Of a DNA stretch of 64,000 nucleotides, positions 8,316 to 20,826 are shown in pieces (within the stretch, counting starts at the first letter, position 1; each line of letters starts with the position of its first letter). The translations under genes were made by a program, and so were the position numbers. The stretch lies in NCBI GenBank assembly GCA_029560465.1, contig JAKQKX010000102.1, positions 4,601 to 68,600 of the forward strand. Direction: 5' to 3'. The notes below the pieces were generated by a model, which saw only the letters and a list, made by a program, of their open reading frames with translations, was not told the origin of the DNA and made no database searches. Source of the DNA: Candidatus Omnitrophota bacterium. GTDB taxonomy: Bacteria; Omnitrophota; Gorgyraeia; Zapsychrales; JANLHA01.

Positions 8316-11300
8316 CTAAACATTGACTTTTAGACGGCTTTCTCCAACAAGGTCTTTTATTTCGTTCATTAACAACTCATTGGGAGTGACAAAAAGGTCT
8401 TCCCCCACAAGTATTTGAACGCTTTTTCTTGATTTCGTATTAAGATTCAAATACACCGGCGTTTTCCCCGGCGAGAGCGATAATTTACTTTTTAATTTCT
8501 CCAAACTGTCTTCATTCATCCCTGATAAATCAACCTTAATGGCCTTAATAACTTTATAGATCTCCTCTATTTTCTTTATTTCCCGGGCGACTAGCCCGGG
8601 CACATCATCGCGGAAACTCACCCGCCCCACCACCACCACGACTTCCCCTTCCACAAGGCTAGGCGCAACAGCCTGATAAGTGGAAGGGAAGATAACAACC
8701 TCAATGGTTCCTTCCATATCCTCAAGTTTTATAATCGCCATCCGCTCGTTGGTTTTGCGGGTGGTCGTGTATTTGATGCCGCTAATAATACCGACCAATT
8801 TAAGCTCCTGCCCGTCTGTCGCCTGCCTTAGGGTTTTAGTGGTAAAATCAGCAAATTCACGAATTTCCGCATGATAGTGAGACAGGGGATGTCCGGAGAT
8901 ATAAAATCCCAGTGTTTCTTTTTCATACGCGAGGATCTGGGTTTGGGGCCACTCCCGGATGTCCGGGATCGGCTCTTTTTCCTTGGTAAACCCGCTCGCA
9001 TCGTTCTCCATATTAAAAAAAGAAAATTGGCCCGAGGCTTTATCGCGCTGTGCCTTGGCGCCCATATCCAGCGCCTGATCAATGACCGCCGTAAGCTGCG
9101 AGCGGCGCAGGCCAAAACAGTCGCAGGCCCCGCTCTTGATTAAACTTTCCATGACTTTACGGTTCACAAGCCGCAGGTCCACGCGCTCACACAAATCATA
9201 AAGGCTCTGGTAGGGGCCGTCCGAATTGCGGTTCACGACAATCGACTCAATCGCGGTCTGGCCGACGTTTTTAACGCCCAGAAGGCCGAACCGGATCGCA
9301 AGCTCATCCACAACATGGAACTCCGTCACGCTTTCATTCACGTCCGGTGGCAAAACCGTGATACCCATGTGGGTCGATTCCTTGACATATTCCACGATTT
9401 TATCCGTGTTATCCTTTTCACATGTCAACAAGGCGCACATAAATTCCACGGGATAATTCGCTTTCAGATAAGCGGTCTGATAAGAAATCAGCGCGTAAGC
9501 CGCGGAGTGGCTGCGGTTAAACCCGTAACCGGAAAAGTAATCAATCAAATCAAAAAGCTTGTTCGCGTCCCCTTCCTTGATGGCAGAGCTTTTCTGACAG
9601 CCATCCACAAAAGTCCGGCGTATTTCTTCCATAACCTCCGGGATTTTCTTACTCATGGCCCGGCGCAAATGATCGGCCTGTGTCATGGTAAAGCCGGCCA
9701 GGATGCTCGCCATCTGCATAACCTGCTCCTGAAAAATAATAATCCCAAAAGTTTCTTTCAAGATGGATTCCAGTTTGGGGTGAGGGTACTTAATCTGGAT
9801 CTCCCCCCGCTTCCTCTTAATGAAATCATCCAGCATCCCGCTGCCCATGGGGCCGGGGCGGTATAGCGCCAAAATAGAGATAAGGTCTTCAATTTGGCTG
9901 GGGCGGATTTTCTTTAGCAGTTCCCTCATCCCCGCGCTTTCCAGCTGGAAAACCCCAAAACTGTTGGCGTCGCTCAAAAGGCTATACGTCTTTTTATCAT
10001 CCAGGGGGATACGGCTGATATCCAGCTCCACAGAATGACGGGCCCGCACAAGCTTGACCGCCTTATCAATCACCGTCAGTGTCCGCAACCCCAGGAAGTC
10101 CATTTTTAAAAGCCCGATCTTGGCGATCCCGTCCATGGAAAACGCGGTTGTTATCTGGCCGTCAGTCGTTTTAAACAACGGGACATATTCCGTCAACGGC
10201 CGGTCGGCAATCACCACCCCGGCGGCATGAATGGAGGCGTGCCGGTTTAAGCCTTCCAGGACCTGCGCTGTTTCCAGGATTTCCGCAGCGGTCTCATCCT
10301 CCAGGACGATTTTTTTAAGCTGCGGCTCGACCTGCAGGGCCTGCTCGATCGTCATCCCCGGTTCCGCCGGGATCAGCTTGGCGAGCTTGTCCACGTCCGC
10401 GTACGGGACACTCATGACTCTTCCAACGTCACGGATAGCCGCCCGGGCCTGCATCGTCCCGAAGGTAATAATCTGGGCCACATTATCTTTTCCATACTTA
10501 TTCGTCACATATTCGATGACTTCAGGCCGCCTTTCGAAACAAAAATCAATATCAATATCCGGCATCCCCGAGCGTTCCGGGTTCAGGAACCTTTCAAACA
10601 AAAGACCGTATTTCAAGGGGTCCAAATCCGTAATGCCGATCAAATAGCTCACCAGGCTCCCGGCCGCCGAACCCCGCCCCGGCCCGACGGGAATTCCGCG
10701 CTGCTTCGCGTAATGGATAAAATCCCACACGATAAGAAAATAAGACACAAACCCCATTTTTTTGATAATCTTAAGCTCGTACTCCAGCCGCTCCTGAATC
10801 GCCGGGGCGTTCCGGCCCGCGAAACGCCGCTGAATGCCTTCCAGGCAGAGGTTGCGCAAAAAATCCTCTTTCGTGACATCGGTGGGGATGTCGTAATGCG
10901 GCAAATGGTACTGATCAAACCTTAACTGAAGGTTACATTTGTCGGCAATCTCAAGCGTGTTGGCCAAGGCTTCGGGGGCCCAACCGAATTCCCTCGCCAT
11001 CTGCTCCGGATCCTTAAAATAAAACTGGTCGGATTTCATCCGCATATGATTTGGGTCATTCAAAAAAGACTGCGTCTGGATGCACAGAAGCGCTTCGTGG
11101 GCTTTAGCCTGCGATTGCTCCAGGTAATGGACGTCATTGGTCACCACACAGGGGATATTCAACTCCGCGGAAACTTTCAACAGCCCTTCGTTCACGGTCT
11201 TTTGCTCAGGAATCCCATGCTGCATCAGTTCCAGATAAAAGTTCCCTTTTCCGAGGATCTGCTGATAGTCATCGGCAGACTTCAGCGCTGCCGTGAAATC

Positions 11301-11756
11301 TCCCCGCATGAGTTTCTGGGCAACTTCGCCCTTCAAGCAGGCGGATGTTCCAAGCAGCCCTTCTTTTAACTCCGACAGGATTTCTTTATCAATGCGCGGG
11401 CGGTAATAGAATCCTTCCAGGTATCCGGAAGAAACAAGTTTAAGCAAATTTCGATACCCTGTCTCGTCTTTGGCGAGAAGGACAAGGTGGGACGCGCCGG
11501 GCTGCTGGGCCCCTTTATCAAGCCGGCTGCCGGAGGCGACATACGTTTCACAGCCGATAATCGGTTTCACGCCGTGCTTAACGGCCGTTTGGTAAAAATC
11601 AACCGTACCGAAAAGGTTGCCGTGATCGGTCATGGCCAAGGCGGGCAATTTATACTCCGCGGCCTTTTTCACCAACTCTTTCACCCGGCAGGCGCCGTCC
11701 AGCAGGCTGTACTGTGTGTGGACGTGCAAATGGACAAAATCGGCATGATACTTCAT
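8316..11756 (-). CDS. dnaE: DNA polymerase III alpha subunit
   Basis: PHP domain (HLHVHTQYSLLDG, TDHGN, TNDVHY), GRGSAAGS, PDIDIDF, KMDFLGL and C-terminal OB fold. Confidence 0.98.
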   Translation of the reverse strand: MKYHADFVHLHVHTQYSLLDGACRVKELVKKAAEYKLPALAMTDHGNLFGTVDFYQTAVKHGVKPIIGCETYVASGSRLDKGAQQPGASHLVLLAKDETGYRNLLKLVSSGYLEGFYYRPRIDKEILSELKEGLLGTSACLKGEVAQKLMRGDFTAALKSADDYQQILGKGNFYLELMQHGIPEQKTVNEGLLKVSAELNIPCVVTNDVHYLEQSQAKAHEALLCIQTQSFLNDPNHMRMKSDQFYFKDPEQMAREFGWAPEALANTLEIADKCNLQLRFDQYHLPHYDIPTDVTKEDFLRNLCLEGIQRRFAGRNAPAIQERLEYELKIIKKMGFVSYFLIVWDFIHYAKQRGIPVGPGRGSAAGSLVSYLIGITDLDPLKYGLLFERFLNPERSGMPDIDIDFCFERRPEVIEYVTNKYGKDNVAQIITFGTMQARAAIRDVGRVMSVPYADVDKLAKLIPAEPGMTIEQALQVEPQLKKIVLEDETAAEILETAQVLEGLNRHASIHAAGVVIADRPLTEYVPLFKTTDGQITTAFSMDGIAKIGLLKMDFLGLRTLTVIDKAVKLVRARHSVELDISRIPLDDKKTYSLLSDANSFGVFQLESAGMRELLKKIRPSQIEDLISILALYRPGPMGSGMLDDFIKRKRGEIQIKYPHPKLESILKETFGIIIFQEQVMQMASILAGFTMTQADHLRRAMSKKIPEVMEEIRRTFVDGCQKSSAIKEGDANKLFDLIDYFSGYGFNRSHSAAYALISYQTAYLKANYPVEFMCALLTCEKDNTDKIVEYVKESTHMGITVLPPDVNESVTEFHVVDELAIRFGLLGVKNVGQTAIESIVVNRNSDGPYQSLYDLCERVDLRLVNRKVMESLIKSGACDCFGLRRSQLTAVIDQALDMGAKAQRDKASGQFSFFNMENDASGFTKEKEPIPDIREWPQTQILAYEKETLGFYISGHPLSHYHAEIREFADFTTKTLRQATDGQELKLVGIISGIKYTTTRKTNERMAIIKLEDMEGTIEVVIFPSTYQAVAPSLVEGEVVVVVGRVSFRDDVPGLVAREIKKIEEIYKVIKAIKVDLSGMNEDSLEKLKSKLSLSPGKTPVYLNLNTKSRKSVQILVGEDLFVTPNELLMNEIKDLVGESRLKVNV

Positions 11757-11818
11757 AAAGATCGGGAACGGTTTAAAAAAATTTATCCGGCCCGTTGGCC
11801 GGTGGTTGTTGGGTTTGT

Positions 11819-11827
11819 ATTATAGCA
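11819..11827 (-). promoter_or_regulatory. Extended -10 promoter element upstream of dnaE
   Basis: TGCTATAAT on the minus strand, about 60 bp upstream of the start codon. Confidence 0.55.
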
Positions 11828-11895
11828 CACTTCAGGCAGCGGTAGAAATATCGCAGACAGCGACGGGACAGCCGGCCCTTGAGGAAAGGCCCGGG

Positions 11896-13578
11896 TTATT
11901 CCCATTCAATGGTCGACGGCGGCTTAGAGCTGACGTCATACACCACCCGGTTCACCCCGGGGACCTCGTTGATGATCCGGTTTGAAATCTTTCCGAGCAG
12001 CTCATAGGGGAGCTTGACCCAGTCCGCGGTCATGCCGTCCACGCTCGAAACACAGCGGACCGCGATCACATTTTCATAAGTCCGCTGGTCTCCCATGACG
12101 CCAACAGTCTTGATAGGAAGGAGGATGGCAAACGCCTGCCAAATATCATGATAAAGCCCTGCTTTTTTAATTTCTTCTATAACCCGTTCGTCCGCTTCCC
12201 GGAGGATATTGGCGCGTTCTTCGGTGACTTCGCCGATAATCCGGATGGCGAGCCCCGGGCCGGGGAACGGCTGGCGGTGGATCATCGTGTCCGGCAGGCC
12301 GAGGTGTTTGCCGATAACCCGGACTTCGTCTTTAAAAAGCTCACGCAGCGGCTCAATAAGCTCAAAATCCATATTTTTCGGAAGCCCGCCGACATTATGG
12401 TGGCTTTTGATAACCGCGGACGGCCCGCCGAACGGAGACATCGATTCTATAACGTCCGGATACAGCGTGCCCTGCGCCAGGAAATCCACCTTCTTCATTT
12501 TCTTGGCGGTTTCCTGAAAGACTTTAATAAACTCTTCCCCGATGATCTTGCGTTTCTGCTCCGGGTCTTCCACGCCTTTAAGCCGCGCGAGGAAGCGTTT
12601 CGAAGCGTCCACGGTGACAAGATTCATCCGGAAATTACCCTTAAAAGTTTTCTGGACGGAAATCACTTCATTCTTCCGCAGCAGGCCGTGATCGACAAAA
12701 ATACAGGTCAGCTGTTTTCCGACCGCTTTCTGCAACAGCATCGCGGTCACCGAAGAATCCACGCCCCCGCTTAATCCCAGGACCACATTCTTCCTCCCGA
12801 CCGTGTCCTGGATCTGCTTGACGGAAAAATTGATAAATTTGTCCATCGTCCAGCGCGGCAGGCATCCGCAGATCTGGTAAACAAAATTAACGAGGACCTG
12901 TGTCCCCCGTTGCGTGTGGACAACTTCGGGATGAAACTGGACGCCGAAAATCTTTTTATTGCGATTAGCGATCGCGGCCATCGAAGCGCTCAAGGTATGG
13001 GCGATCGCCGCGAAACCCTGGGGCAATTTGGTCAACGAGTCAGAATGGCTCATCCAGCAGGTCAGGTTGGTCGGCATGTTGGCAAACAGGTCTTTATTGC
13101 TGTCAACGAATAGTTCCGCCTGCCCGAACTCCCGTTCTTTGCTTTTCTGCACTTTCCCGCCGAACATGTGCGAAATCACCTGCATGCCATAACACACGCC
13201 CAACACCGGCAGCCCCATCTTGAATATTTCCGGATTAGGCTCAGGCGCCCCTTTATCATAAACGCTTAAAGGGCCCCCGGAAAGGATCAGCCCCTTGGGA
13301 TTAAGCTTACGGATATTCTCCGGGTCAATATTGTACGGGACAATTTTGCTGAAAACTTTATTTTCCCGGATACGGCGGGCAATGAGCTGGGTATACTGCG
13401 AACCGAAATCCAAAACTAAAATAAGGTCCTTGTAACGGGGCTTGGTAATCTTAACCGTGAACTTGCTTTTGCCTTGGGGCATTTTGAGCCGCAACGGTTT
13501 TTTCTTTTTAATCGCCTTTCCGAACGGCTTGGAAGAACGGACATTTTTTTGGGATATCGTTTTTTTTGTTTGTCTCAT
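11896..13578 (-). CDS. guaA: GMP synthase (glutamine-hydrolysing) with a basic N-terminal extension
   Basis: [37 protein letters not shown] and KPPSTIEWE motifs. Confidence 0.97.
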   Translation of the reverse strand: MRQTKKTISQKNVRSSKPFGKAIKKKKPLRLKMPQGKSKFTVKITKPRYKDLILVLDFGSQYTQLIARRIRENKVFSKIVPYNIDPENIRKLNPKGLILSGGPLSVYDKGAPEPNPEIFKMGLPVLGVCYGMQVISHMFGGKVQKSKEREFGQAELFVDSNKDLFANMPTNLTCWMSHSDSLTKLPQGFAAIAHTLSASMAAIANRNKKIFGVQFHPEVVHTQRGTQVLVNFVYQICGCLPRWTMDKFINFSVKQIQDTVGRKNVVLGLSGGVDSSVTAMLLQKAVGKQLTCIFVDHGLLRKNEVISVQKTFKGNFRMNLVTVDASKRFLARLKGVEDPEQKRKIIGEEFIKVFQETAKKMKKVDFLAQGTLYPDVIESMSPFGGPSAVIKSHHNVGGLPKNMDFELIEPLRELFKDEVRVIGKHLGLPDTMIHRQPFPGPGLAIRIIGEVTEERANILREADERVIEEIKKAGLYHDIWQAFAILLPIKTVGVMGDQRTYENVIAVRCVSSVDGMTADWVKLPYELLGKISNRIINEVPGVNRVVYDVSSKPPSTIEWE

Positions 13579-13603
13579 GGTACCCACCTTGTTTTACAAA
13601 GGA

Positions 13604-14764
13604 CTATTTCCCCATGCCGACACGCTGGCCGACCTGAAACATTTTCCCCTCGGTCTGAATCGAAGGGGCGATGATGATTTCCACATCGTGCATCTCTTTG
13701 ATGTTGCGGGCGCCCAGGGATCCCATCGAAGTCTTCAGCGCGCCGACCAAATTCTGCGACCCGTCATCAACTTTGGCCGGGCCATTCAATATCTCGTCCA
13801 GCGTCCCGGTTGTCCCAACCCTAATGCGCGTCCCCCGGGGAAGGTTGGCGTGTGATGTCGCCATGCCCCAGTGATAACCTTTGCCCGGCGCTTCTTCCGC
13901 TTTGGCAAAAGCCGACCCCACCATCGTGGCGTCAGCCCCGGCCGCAAACGCTTTGCATATTTCACCGCCGATCCGCATACCGCCGTCGGTAATAATCGGG
14001 ACATACCGCCCTTTTCTCTTAAAATAGAAATCCCTGGCGGCCGCGGCATCCACTGTGGCGCTGATCTGCGGAACGCCTATCCCCAACACGCCTCGGGTGG
14101 TGCAGGCCGCCCCCGGGCCGACACCGACCAGGATGCCGGAAGCCCCAATTTCCATCAACTCTAAAGAGACATCATTCGTGACGCAATTGCCGACGATGAC
14201 CGGGATTCCGATAGACCCGCAAAATTTTTCAAGGTCAAGAATTTTATACTCTGTTGAAACATGCTTCACCGCCGCCACGGTGGACTGAACGACAAAAATG
14301 TCACACCCGGCCTCTTTAGCAATCTGTCCGTATTTCTGGGCATTCTGCGGGATACAACTCACGACCGCGGGAACTTTGGCTTTCTTAATTTCTTCGACAC
14401 GGGTCGCGATCAATTTCTCTTTGACCGGCTTTAAATAAATGCTCTGCACAAGTTCCGTCGCGTCCTCCGGACTGGCGTGAGCGATTTCTGTTAGGACCTC
14501 TTCCGGATTGTCATAACGGGTCTGGACCCCATCCAGATTAAGCACGGCGACCCCACCCAATTTTCCCATCGCGACCGCAAACCTGACGTCCACAACACCA
14601 TCCATTGCCGCGGCCATAATAGGGACTTTAAATTCCATCCCTCCCAACACACATGTCGTATCCACTTCATTGGGATTTACAGTCACCATCCCAGGGACTA
14701 GGGCGACTTCATCAAAACCATAACACCTTCTTGCCCTTCGACCTATGCCAATCCATTCTGCCAT
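13604..14764 (-). CDS. GuaB3-family IMP dehydrogenase-related protein (no CBS domains)
   Basis: YGFDEVALVPG, GVGPGAACTTR with the catalytic Cys, DGG and WGMAT; directly upstream of guaA. Confidence 0.92.
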   Translation of the reverse strand: MAEWIGIGRRARRCYGFDEVALVPGMVTVNPNEVDTTCVLGGMEFKVPIMAAAMDGVVDVRFAVAMGKLGGVAVLNLDGVQTRYDNPEEVLTEIAHASPEDATELVQSIYLKPVKEKLIATRVEEIKKAKVPAVVSCIPQNAQKYGQIAKEAGCDIFVVQSTVAAVKHVSTEYKILDLEKFCGSIGIPVIVGNCVTNDVSLELMEIGASGILVGVGPGAACTTRGVLGIGVPQISATVDAAAARDFYFKRKGRYVPIITDGGMRIGGEICKAFAAGADATMVGSAFAKAEEAPGKGYHWGMATSHANLPRGTRIRVGTTGTLDEILNGPAKVDDGSQNLVGALKTSMGSLGARNIKEMHDVEIIIAPSIQTEGKMFQVGQRVGMGK

Positions 14765-14832
14765 AGCCCTAAAACCTCCTAATTATTATCAGTTTAATAG
14801 AGATTGAAGAAGCACATCTTTTTTGATGCCTT

Positions 14833-14861
14833 AATATAATGGAATTGATGGCTAATGTCAA
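14833..14861 (-). promoter_or_regulatory. Sigma70 promoter of guaB3-guaA
   Basis: TTGACA-17 bp-TATATT on the minus strand. Confidence 0.7.
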
Positions 14862-14876
14862 TACTTTATATACGTC

Positions 14877-14911
14877 AAAAAAAACGGCAGGGGAGGATCC
14901 CCTGCCGTTTT
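14877..14911 (-). terminator. Rho-independent terminator of groESL
   Basis: AAAACGGCAGGGG / CCCCTGCCGTTTT stem followed by a T-run on the minus strand. Confidence 0.85.
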
Positions 14912-14934
14912 CCTTCACACAAACTGACCGGATA

Positions 14935-16596
<1,662 letters not shown>

Positions 16597-16682
16597 TTAT
16601 TTCTTTCAATTCCAGCCGCGCGCTTGGAAGGGTTCCCCCTTTTAAACGCAAATCCGCTTCCCCGCGGGATAGGATGAACGCT

Positions 16683-16985
16683 CTAACTCTTGGCGCCCTT
16701 GACAATCGCCAGGATATCATCCTCGCGCATAATGAGGACATCGTCCCCCTCGCGTGTGGTAATTTCAGTCCCGCTGTATTTGCCGTAAAGGACATGATCC
16801 CCGACTTTGACTTCCGGAGCCTGGACTGTGCCGTTATCCAGGACTTTGCCTTTCCCGACAGCCAGGACTTGCCCTTCCTGGGGCTTCTCTTTGGCGGTAT
16901 CCGGCAAAACGATCCCGCCTTTGGTCGTTTCTTCCGCTTCCAGGGGTTTAATAATGATTCGGTCGGCTAATGGTTGGATATTCAC
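16683..16985 (-). CDS. groS: Co-chaperonin GroES
   Basis: [23 protein letters not shown] and YSGTE; GTG start with SD AAGGAGG. Confidence 0.98.
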   Translation of the reverse strand: MNIQPLADRIIIKPLEAEETTKGGIVLPDTAKEKPQEGQVLAVGKGKVLDNGTVQAPEVKVGDHVLYGKYSGTEITTREGDDVLIMREDDILAIVKGAKS

Positions 16986-17037
16986 TTCCGCACCTCCTTA
17001 AAAATAAATGAACCGGTTACGTTTAATTCGTTTCGCT

Positions 17038-17064
17038 TTAGCACTTCATTCAGCAGAGTGCTAA
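17038..17064 (-). promoter_or_regulatory. CIRCE element (HrcA operator)
   Basis: Minus strand TTAGCACTC-N9-AAGTGCTAA, one mismatch from the consensus TTAGCACTC-N9-GAGTGCTAA, upstream of groS. Confidence 0.93.
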
Positions 17065-17091
17065 TTTAATAAAATTCGGTTTTTTTGTCAA
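17063..17091 (-). promoter_or_regulatory. Sigma70 promoter of groESL, abutting CIRCE
   Basis: TTGACA-17 bp-TAAATT. Confidence 0.65.
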
Positions 17092-17187
17092 GAGTTTTTT
17101 AGAAAAAATTTTTTTGTCGTCGACAAATTAGAAAGCACCGGGCCATTGCGAGGATGCCCCGGGCCAATGAGGGATGATGCGAAAAGA

Positions 17188-17976
17188 TTAAAAAACGGAC
17201 TGTGACCACATCAGCGCCAACCCTTTGAAAATCAACGCTTCATCCACATGGGAGATCTCCTTTTTCACGTAAGGGCGATACAACGAAGCGTACCCTCCAG
17301 TAAGGATCACCTGGGGGGCGGAGGGGATTTCCTTTTTAAGCTGCCGTATCAGGCCTTTGATCATTTCTCCATATCCGTAATAAAGGCCGCTTAAGATGCT
17401 GTTCTCGGTATCACGGGCGATCAGGGCCCGGGGTTTGCGCATCTGGACCAACGGCAAAAGCGCCGTGTTGCAAGACAGGGTTTCCGCGGAAAGCCCGATA
17501 CCGGGGACAATCACTCCCCCCAAATAATCACCGCGCGCAGAGACAATATCAAACGTCGTGGCCGTGCCCAGGTCAATGACAACCAACGGCGGGCCGTAAA
17601 GGCATTTTGCCGCGAAGGCCCCGACCAGCCTGTCCTGTCCGACTTGGCCTGGAACCCGGTAACGGTTTTGAATCGGCGGGATGACGTCCTTCCCGACAAT
17701 AACGGGTTTACAGCCAAAAGCCGTCCGGCATACCGAACCGACGCGGCCGGTCAAAGGAGGGACCACGCTGCAGATCATAACGCCGCTTATGTCCTGGCCA
17801 TCTTTCATCCAGGATCGGCTGACCGCAGTGATTTCTTTTTTCATCTGCCCTGCGCTGCTACGCGAAGAGATCCGGTGTTCCGCCACGACCCGCAATCCTT
17901 TCAAAAGGGCCAGATGAACGGCCGTATTGCCGATATCCACGGCGACAAGATGTTGATTTTTTATATTCTTACTCAT
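17188..17976 (-). CDS. coaX: Type III pantothenate kinase
   Basis: VDIGNT, GQDR, IDLGTATT, GGVIVPG and TGG motifs. Confidence 0.95.
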   Translation of the reverse strand: MSKNIKNQHLVAVDIGNTAVHLALLKGLRVVAEHRISSRSSAGQMKKEITAVSRSWMKDGQDISGVMICSVVPPLTGRVGSVCRTAFGCKPVIVGKDVIPPIQNRYRVPGQVGQDRLVGAFAAKCLYGPPLVVIDLGTATTFDIVSARGDYLGGVIVPGIGLSAETLSCNTALLPLVQMRKPRALIARDTENSILSGLYYGYGEMIKGLIRQLKKEIPSAPQVILTGGYASLYRPYVKKEISHVDEALIFKGLALMWSQSVF

Positions 17977-18145
17977 AGAGAAATCATTTTAACACACGGT
18001 TAATCGGGGGAAAAGGATGAAGACGCCGGGGGCTGATGGAGTGAATTAGACCCCAATGCTTTAATAATGATTGAGAGCATTGGGGGCGCTTGAACGAAAT
18101 CAGCCCCCGGCGTCTTATATTCATCCGTTCCATGCTCTTCCACCC

Positions 18146-20176
18146 TTATAACTTTTTTTTCCTGCTCGGCTTCTTGCGGAACATGTCCGCCGGATCGGTC
18201 GTCCCGCACGCCCGCAATTCCTGAATACGGTCTCTTAACAGTGCCGCTTTCTCAAACTGCAAGTTCCGGGCCGCCAGCTCCATCTGCCGTTCCAGTTCGG
18301 AGATCGCACTGGACATCTGAAACGACTCTTCATCCTGTCCGGCCATCTCCCGGGCCAGCTCCTCCGCGTCTTCATACGCCAGGTCCGCGATTCCTCGGGT
18401 GGCTACGGCCTTTTCAATCGTGCGCGGGGTGATATTGTGCCGGCGGTTAAAATCCAGTTGAATGGCCCGGCGACGGTCGCATTCCTCGATCGCTTCCCGC
18501 ATCGCCGCGCTGACCGTGTCCGCGTACATAATCACCTCACCGTGAATATTGCGCGCGGCCCGGCCAGACACCTGAATCAAGGATGTCCGAGAACGCAGGA
18601 AGCCCTGTTTGTCCGCGTCAAAGATGGCCACCAGCGTCACTTCCGGCAAGTCCAGCCCTTCCCGCAAAAGATTTACCCCGACCAGGCAGTCGAATTTTTT
18701 CATCCGCAGGTCCTGTAGAATCTTAGCCCGGTCAATCGTCTGGATATCCGAATGCAGGTATTTCACTTTAATACCCTGCTCCTCTAAATAATCCGCCAGG
18801 TCTTCCGCCATCCGTTTCGTCAAAGTCGTCACCAAAACCCGTTCGTGACGCTCCGCCCGTTGGCGCGTGACCGCAACAAGATCGTCGACTTGCCCCTCTG
18901 TCGGCTTGACAATGATGGGGGGATCCACGATCCCGGTCGGCCGGATAATCTGCTCGGTCATACGGCCCCGGCTGTCCGTGATTTCATAGGGCCCCGGCGT
19001 GGCCGACACGTAGACGCGCTGATGAACACTCTGCAAAAATTCGTCAAACCGCAGGGGACGATTATCCAAGCAAGACGGCAGCCGGAACCCGTATTCCGAA
19101 AGGGTTTCCTTCCGCGCGCGGTCGCCTTCGTACATCCCGCGCAGCTGGGGAATCGTCACGTGCGACTCGTCAATGATGACCAAGAAATCTTCCGGGAAAT
19201 AATCCAGCAGGCAAAACGGGCGGCTGCCCGGCGGCCGCCCTGACAGCGCCCGGGAGTAATTTTCGATGCCATGACAGTACCCGATCTCGCGCAGCATTTC
19301 CATGTCGAAGCGGGTCCGGGTGTTCAGTCGTTGCGCTTCAAGGAGTTTTCCTTGCTGTTTAAAAAACGCGACCCGGGCTTCCAATTCCGTTTCAATCTCT
19401 TGCATCGCCGCGTCGATCCTGGGGGACGACACAATAAAATGCTTGGCCGGATAAATAGCCACCTTAGGCAGGGCCGACTTGATCTCCCCGGTCAGCGGGT
19501 CCACCTGAAATATTTTCTCAATCGTGTCCCCGAAAAATTCAATCCGCACCGCGTCCTGGCGGTACGCCGGGAACACCTCCACGCTGTCCCCCCGCACCCG
19601 GATTTTCCCCCTGGAAAAATCATAATCATTCCGTTCATACTGAATGTCCAACAGCTGGCTGATCAGTTGGTCCCGCTCCAACTCCTGCCCGCGTTCCACA
19701 AACGTCAGGCGCTCCTGGTAATCCTCCGGGGAACCAAGGTTGTAAATACAAGAAACACTGGCCACGATCAAGACGTCCCGGCGGGTCATCAGCGATGTGG
19801 TCGAAGCGAGGCGCAGGCGGTCCAGCCGGTCGTTGATGGACGCGTCTTTCTCGATATATAAATCCGTCTGCGGGATATACGCTTCCGGCTGGTAATAATC
19901 ATAATAACTGACAAAATATTCCACCGCGTTCTCCGGGAAAAACTCCCGGAATTCGCCATAAAGCTGGGCGGCCAGCGTTTTGTTATGGGAAATCACCAGC
20001 ACCGGACGGTTCAGCCGTGCGATCAAATTCGCTAAAGTAAACGTCTTCCCGCTGCCGGTCACCCCCAGAAGGACCTGGGAGGGATATCCTTTTTGGATTC
20101 CTTCGGTGAGTTTGTCAATGGCCTCGTTTTGTTCGGCGACCGGGCGGAATTTGCTTTTAAGGATAAATTGATTCAT
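18146..20176 (-). CDS. uvrB: Excinuclease ABC subunit B
   Basis: GVTGSGKT, YYDYYQPEAY, DESH, LREGLDLPEV and a C-terminal UVR motif. Start trimmed to MNQFIL. Confidence 0.98.
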   Translation of the reverse strand: MNQFILKSKFRPVAEQNEAIDKLTEGIQKGYPSQVLLGVTGSGKTFTLANLIARLNRPVLVISHNKTLAAQLYGEFREFFPENAVEYFVSYYDYYQPEAYIPQTDLYIEKDASINDRLDRLRLASTTSLMTRRDVLIVASVSCIYNLGSPEDYQERLTFVERGQELERDQLISQLLDIQYERNDYDFSRGKIRVRGDSVEVFPAYRQDAVRIEFFGDTIEKIFQVDPLTGEIKSALPKVAIYPAKHFIVSSPRIDAAMQEIETELEARVAFFKQQGKLLEAQRLNTRTRFDMEMLREIGYCHGIENYSRALSGRPPGSRPFCLLDYFPEDFLVIIDESHVTIPQLRGMYEGDRARKETLSEYGFRLPSCLDNRPLRFDEFLQSVHQRVYVSATPGPYEITDSRGRMTEQIIRPTGIVDPPIIVKPTEGQVDDLVAVTRQRAERHERVLVTTLTKRMAEDLADYLEEQGIKVKYLHSDIQTIDRAKILQDLRMKKFDCLVGVNLLREGLDLPEVTLVAIFDADKQGFLRSRTSLIQVSGRAARNIHGEVIMYADTVSAAMREAIEECDRRRAIQLDFNRRHNITPRTIEKAVATRGIADLAYEDAEELAREMAGQDEESFQMSSAISELERQMELAARNLQFEKAALLRDRIQELRACGTTDPADMFRKKPSRKKKL

Positions 20177-20295
20177 GTTTTTAGAAAAAAACGCGGCTGG
20201 GCAAGCTCCCCCCAAGACCAACCTGTTGCAGAAAACAGAAGCCATAAAAAAGCAGGAAGGACACCCTCCCCTCCGGCGGACAAGGGGCAAAACCG

Positions 20296-20826
20296 CTACG
20301 GCGCGCTTTTCCCTTCCAGAGATTGCTCAATCCGTTTAAAAAGCCCTTCAACAAGAGAATCATGCCGGTGGCGGGCCCGGGCCTTGAGCCAGCCCTCTGT
20401 CACGGTGATGACACGGATTTCGACCTCCGCGACGTCGTTCTTGTGCCGCAGGAACACATTGGCGATCGCGTGCCTGTGGCCCCACAGAGACCAGGTCTCC
20501 CGGTCATTGGAAATAAGGAGGGACTGCCGGGCGTCCAGGTCATTAAATGGATGGCGTTCGTAAACCACCGGGTCGCTTTCTTCCTCGACGATCCAGCCTT
20601 CCTCGGCCAGGGCCAGGATAGCCGCCCGCCGGGCAGGTTCGAACCCGGCGTGAAACCGACGGATATAAGGATTCCGGCTTTGCAGATAACGCGGGATATA
20701 AGCTTTGGCGCAGCCGCCGGAAATAAAAATCAGGAAACAGGACAGGACAGCCAGGATTTGTCCCGAGATCACTGCCCGGGGGGCCGGCCCGAATAAATTA
20801 AAACGCATTTCAGCAAATTTTCCCAT
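20296..20826 (-). CDS. Hypothetical lipoprotein
   Basis: Hydrophobic stretch ending in ISGGC (lipobox-like); in an operon with the MazG-like gene; true start uncertain. Confidence 0.65.
   Translation of the reverse strand: MGKFAEMRFNLFGPAPRAVISGQILAVLSCFLIFISGGCAKAYIPRYLQSRNPYIRRFHAGFEPARRAAILALAEEGWIVEEESDPVVYERHPFNDLDARQSLLISNDRETWSLWGHRHAIANVFLRHKNDVAEVEIRVITVTEGWLKARARHRHDSLVEGLFKRIEQSLEGKSAP

Noticed and set aside
14765-14832. Purine riboswitch upstream of guaB3-guaA
   Set aside because: The leader is only ~60 nt and lacks the conserved purine-aptamer core.
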